Source of the DNA: Candidatus Kapaibacterium sp.
GTDB taxonomy: Bacteria; Bacteroidota; Ignavibacteria; Kapaibacteriales; UBA2268
Assembly (NCBI GenBank): GCA_963664875.1
Contig: OY761611.1
Location: 576,001 to 640,000, forward strand
DNA length: 64,000 nt
Reading direction: 5' to 3'
Below are positions 60,554 to 64,000 of this stretch, piece after piece. The position numbers and the translations under genes were made by a program. The notes beneath the pieces are model-generated. The model saw only the letters and a program-made list of their open reading frames with translations. It searched no databases and was not told the DNA's origin. How positions within the stretch are numbered: the first letter of the stretch is position 1; each line of letters begins with the position of its first letter.

Positions 60554-61786
60554 ATGAAAAAGTTCACTCTGTTACTTGTTTTGTTTGTGTTATGTTTCAA
60601 TACTGAATCAGATGCTCAGTTTTGGAAAAAATTAAAGCAATCTGTTGAAGAAAAGGTTGAAGAGAAAGTCGAAGAAAAAGTAGATGAAAAGATAGATGAG
60701 ACAATCGACGAAGCTGTTGATGGAAAAGAAGAAGAAACAAGCGGAAAAAAAACTGTAAAAAGCACTACGAACAATGATGAGAGTGCTGACTCAGGCGAAG
60801 AAGAGCAAAATACAAGAGGAACACTTAATTGGGCAAAATATGATTTTGTTCCCGGCGATGTTGTAATATTTGAAGATAATCTTCTCGGTGAAGAAAATGG
60901 TGAGTTTCCTACAAGATGGGATATTATTGATGGTAATTGCGAAATAGCACAATTCAATGGTGAAAACGTAATTATGTTTCGCGAGTCTTCCGAAATCATT
61001 CCGTTTATGAAGGAAAGAAATTCGGACTATTTACCTGACGAATTTACTTTAGAATTTGATTGTTTCTTTGAAGCCGAAGAGTGGAGTCAGCGTTATTATA
61101 TATATTTCAAAGATAGAAAAAATCAACACCGACTTTCTGATAATCAAATTAACGATTATGCTACAGTGTACTATGGAGAAATAAACTTCCATGACCTATC
61201 AGGCAAATACCCTGGAGTAGAACGCACAAACTTAACTAAGAAAGAAACATGGAGACATATTTCGCTGTCGTATAACAAAGGTAACGTTAAAATCTACATG
61301 GATGATACCAGACTTGTCAATTTACCAAGATTGGAAGGCAACCCTACCGGTTTTACTATAGGTACTTCACATGATGCAAACAAAGATTTTATTAAAAATG
61401 TTAGATTTGCAAAAGGTGCAGTGAAACTTTCTAAAAGAGTAGAAACAGAAGGCAAAATTATCATGCAGGGTATTCGATTTGATGTTAATAAAGCTACGCT
61501 CAAAGCCGAATCGATGGGGCCTATAAACAAAATATTTGAAATGATGAAAAATGATTCTTCTATCAACTTCAGTGTTGAAGGACATACTGACTCTGATGGT
61601 GACGATGAAGCTAATTTGAAACTATCAGAAGCACGTGCAAAAGCAGTTGTAGATAAATTAGTAGAATTAGGAATAGATGCTTCTCGTTTAAAATACAAAG
61701 GTCTCGGAGAAACGATGCCTATAGGCGATAACTCCTCACCTGAAGGAAAAGCCAACAATAGACGTGTGGAATTTATCAAATTCTAA
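60554..61786 (+). CDS. OmpA-family protein with central lectin-like beta-sandwich region
   Basis: Signal peptide from MKKF at 60554; YDFVPGD; C-terminal VEGHTDSDG...LSEARA...NRRVEF. Confidence 0.85.
   Translation: MKKFTLLLVLFVLCFNTESDAQFWKKLKQSVEEKVEEKVEEKVDEKIDETIDEAVDGKEEETSGKKTVKSTTNNDESADSGEEEQNTRGTLNWAKYDFVPGDVVIFEDNLLGEENGEFPTRWDIIDGNCEIAQFNGENVIMFRESSEIIPFMKERNSDYLPDEFTLEFDCFFEAEEWSQRYYIYFKDRKNQHRLSDNQINDYATVYYGEINFHDLSGKYPGVERTNLTKKETWRHISLSYNKGNVKIYMDDTRLVNLPRLEGNPTGFTIGTSHDANKDFIKNVRFAKGAVKLSKRVETEGKIIMQGIRFDVNKATLKAESMGPINKIFEMMKNDSSINFSVEGHTDSDGDDEANLKLSEARAKAVVDKLVELGIDASRLKYKGLGETMPIGDNSSPEGKANNRRVEFIKF
60643..60710 (+). repeat. Degenerate 12-nt tandem repeat encoding (VEEK)n
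   Basis: gttgaagaaaag gttgaagagaaa gtcgaagaaaaa gtagatgaaaag atagatgagaca. Confidence 0.65.
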
Positions 61787-61821
61787 TTTGCTTTTGCATA
61801 TCATACGGATATAACTATTTG

Positions 61822-61858
61822 AAAAAGGGCTGCTTATTTTGTATAAGTAGCCCTTTTT
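61822..61858. terminator. Bidirectional terminator between the OmpA gene and rubrerythrin
   Basis: AAAAAGGGCTGCTTAT...ATAAGTAGCCCTTTTT. Confidence 0.8.
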
Positions 61859-61884
61859 ATATTCGCTAATTCTAAAATAAAGAC

Positions 61885-62388
61885 TTAGAATTTTTTAAAT
61901 TTATCTTTTTTAACTTTACAAACCGGGCATGTGTCAGGAAGTTCTCCAACATGTGTATAGCCACATATTTCGCAGGTATGAATATCTTCAAAGTCTGCAT
62001 CGTTTTCTGCATCAACCATCTCTTTAGCTTTTCCGTAAAGTACGGAGTGAGATTTTTCAGCTTCAATTGCCCATCTAATAGCTTTTAAAGCAGCTTTTTC
62101 TTCTTGCAACTGTGCAATAGCTTCATAAGCAGGATACATTTCTTCTACTTCGAAATCTTCACCATTGATTCCTTCCTGCAAATTTTCGCTTGTTTTACCA
62201 ACCATACCTAAAACTTTTGCATGAGCATGAGCATGAACTGTTTCAGCATAAGCAATGGCTTCGAATAAACGAGAAACATTTTTAAAACCTTCTCTTTCTG
62301 CTTGCAAAGCGAAAGCCAGATATTTCATGTGAGCTTTGGATTCTCCGCAGAAAGCTTCCTGCAAAGACTTTTCGGTCATCTTTTTCAT
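61885..62388 (-). CDS. rbr: Rubrerythrin
   Basis: AFCGES..Y, ETVH, EMYP, EKSH diiron ligands; C-terminal CEICG...CPVC rubredoxin domain. Confidence 0.93.
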   Translation of the reverse strand: MKKMTEKSLQEAFCGESKAHMKYLAFALQAEREGFKNVSRLFEAIAYAETVHAHAHAKVLGMVGKTSENLQEGINGEDFEVEEMYPAYEAIAQLQEEKAALKAIRWAIEAEKSHSVLYGKAKEMVDAENDADFEDIHTCEICGYTHVGELPDTCPVCKVKKDKFKKF

Positions 62389-62426
62389 AATTCACCTGTC
62401 ATTTTAGTAAAATATTGAGTAGATGA

Positions 62427-62434
62427 CAAATATA
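62427..62434 (-). promoter_or_regulatory. -7 promoter element for rubrerythrin
   Basis: TATATTTG on the minus strand 38 nt upstream of the ATG. Confidence 0.55.
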
Positions 62435-63646
62435 CTAAATTTTTGCTAAAAGATTGTTTTTCTTCAGTGTGATTAATGTTATCTCAGGATTGACTCCGAT
62501 TCTGATTGGAGGTCCTGTCATGCCTACTCCACGATTTACATAAAGATATTGCCCTGACTTCTGGTACAAGCCTGCCCATTGCTTATAAACCATTTTTACA
62601 GGAGTCAACATTTCTCCAAAAAGCTCCACTCCAATCTGCCCACCATGAGTATGTCCTGCAAGTGTCAGTTCTATTGGAAGTTTTTCTAATATTGCTTTGT
62701 CCCAATTTGTAGGATCATGCGAAAGTAAAATAATTGGTTCGTATTCCGGTAATCCTTGCAGAGCTAAATTATAATCTCCAAATTCCTGCCCAAATCCAAT
62801 ATTGTCAATTCCGGCAATATGAAGATTACCATCGCCAAGATTGATTGTATCATTCTCATTTATCAGCAATTTCATACCAGTGTTTTTAAGTTTTTCTACT
62901 AAAATTAGGTGCTCTTCTGGAGACATAAAATGATCATGGTTGCCAAGGCATCCATATACTCCGTACTTTGATTTTGTAAGCGAAATCTCTGTTGCAATTT
63001 TATCGATTTCGTTTTCTTTCATATTTACAAAATCGCCTGTCATGGCAACTATATCAGGATTAATTGCATTTATTATATGTCTTACTTTTCTAAATGGTGC
63101 TGCAGAATAGTAAGAGCCTGCGTGTAAATCAGAGATTTGAACTATTCTAAATCCATCTAACGAAGAAGGCAGATTATCTAACTTTATAGTTACCTCATGA
63201 ACTTTGAAATCATAAGCAGTACGAAATACACCCCATCCGGAAATGAAAAAAGGAATCCCTGCCATAGTCCAGCTAACATCTTTTAAAAATTTTCTGCGTT
63301 TAGTATTATCTATTTCAACTTCTTTTTTCAATATTTTGCGACTTATAAATGATGTAATGTCTTTAAAAAACATAATAGGAACAATAACAATTTTTGGCAA
63401 TGTCCAAAAACTGATAATCATAAATAGTATAACTGTCCACGATTCTCCGTAGTTAGAATTTATTCGATTCAAATTTATCGCAATCAGTGCTAATATTGAA
63501 AATATCGAAAAAGCCAAAGCAGAAATATGCCACCATTTGCTCCATCCTTTATATTCTACGTATTTTTTCCATTTTTTGTAAAAATACACTTCAAACAAAG
63601 TGAAGAAAATTAGCATAACAGAGATGATTATCAATACTTTACCCAT
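62435..63646 (-). CDS. Membrane-anchored metallophosphoesterase (YkuE-like)
   Basis: N-terminal TM helices; SDLH, TGDFVN, GNHD, LSHDP, GHTHGGQ. Confidence 0.9.
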   Translation of the reverse strand: MGKVLIIISVMLIFFTLFEVYFYKKWKKYVEYKGWSKWWHISALAFSIFSILALIAINLNRINSNYGESWTVILFMIISFWTLPKIVIVPIMFFKDITSFISRKILKKEVEIDNTKRRKFLKDVSWTMAGIPFFISGWGVFRTAYDFKVHEVTIKLDNLPSSLDGFRIVQISDLHAGSYYSAAPFRKVRHIINAINPDIVAMTGDFVNMKENEIDKIATEISLTKSKYGVYGCLGNHDHFMSPEEHLILVEKLKNTGMKLLINENDTINLGDGNLHIAGIDNIGFGQEFGDYNLALQGLPEYEPIILLSHDPTNWDKAILEKLPIELTLAGHTHGGQIGVELFGEMLTPVKMVYKQWAGLYQKSGQYLYVNRGVGMTGPPIRIGVNPEITLITLKKNNLLAKI

Positions 63647-63708
63647 TGTTTACTCCTTTTGGTTGATGCTCTTTATATCATACGTAAGAATCATACTTTA
63701 GTTTAGAC

Positions 63709-63745
63709 AAAAAAAAAGCTACTGTAAAAATAATTACAATAGCTT
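63709..63745 (-). terminator. Intrinsic terminator after gyrB
   Basis: AAGCTATTGTAA...TTACAGTAGCTT plus T-run on the minus strand. Confidence 0.7.
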
Positions 63746-63768
63746 CCAAATATATATTCTAAATATGT

Positions 63769-64000
63769 TTAGATATCTAAGAACTGTACGTATTGTGCAT
63801 TTTCTTCTATAAACGCTCTACGAGGCTCTACCTTATCCCCCATCAAGGTTTGGAAAACACGGGTAGCTTCTGCTGCATCATCGATAGTTACCTGAAGCAA
63901 AGTACGGGTAGCAGGGTTCATGGTCGTTTCCCAAAGCTGATCCGGGTTCATCTCACCAAGACCTTTAAATCGAGAAATATGAATACCACCTCTTTTTGCT
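63769..64000 (-). CDS. gyrB: DNA gyrase subunit B, C-terminal end (5' part beyond the window)
   Basis: [18 protein letters not shown]...[17 protein letters not shown]...LDI. Confidence 0.9.
   Translation of the reverse strand, partial: AKRGGIHISRFKGLGEMNPDQLWETTMNPATRTLLQVTIDDAAEATRVFQTLMGDKVEPRRAFIEENAQYVQFLDI

Noticed and set aside
61294-61779. 161-aa minus-strand ORF, and the many other 60-130 aa track ORFs nested in larger genes
   Set aside because: Antisense or off-frame shadows of well-supported genes; no RBS or family motifs.

Overview
AT-rich bacterial chromosome segment. It most likely comes from the Bacteroidota/Chlorobiota superphylum, Ignavibacteria- or Kapabacteria-like. This is an inference from T9SS-type C-terminal domains, TAnnTTTG promoter elements together with Shine-Dalgarno use, and an atp operon lacking atpD/atpC. 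Contents in order: 5' part of nuoG; a degenerate HisA-like gene; ruvA; four tandem large secreted proteins (three paralogous Asp-box beta-propeller proteins and one Ig-rich protein); ackA-pta and ptb-buk; an amidase; family-4 UDG; ddl; a PfkB kinase; an F-type ATP synthase operon with rfaD/hldD between atpA and atpG; gyrA; dprA; polyprenyl synthase; pckA; an unpartnered AddB-like nuclease; a trimeric, probably electron-bifurcating [FeFe]-hydrogenase (B-A-C order, HydB with an extra N-terminal domain) preceded by a perfect FNR box; a large poly-HAMP chemoreceptor; a tightly coupled seven-gene operon ending in SRAP-xth; two OmpA-domain proteins; an M20 dipeptidase; rubrerythrin; a metallophosphoesterase; and the 3' end of gyrB. 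I saw no tRNA, rRNA, CRISPR array or mobile element. The best leads are the hydrogenase locus with its regulatory region, the SRAP-Xth abasic-site pair, rfaD inside the atp operon, the paralogous secreted beta-propeller array and the HisA pseudo-enzyme. All calls rest on reading motifs by eye; no database searches were run.
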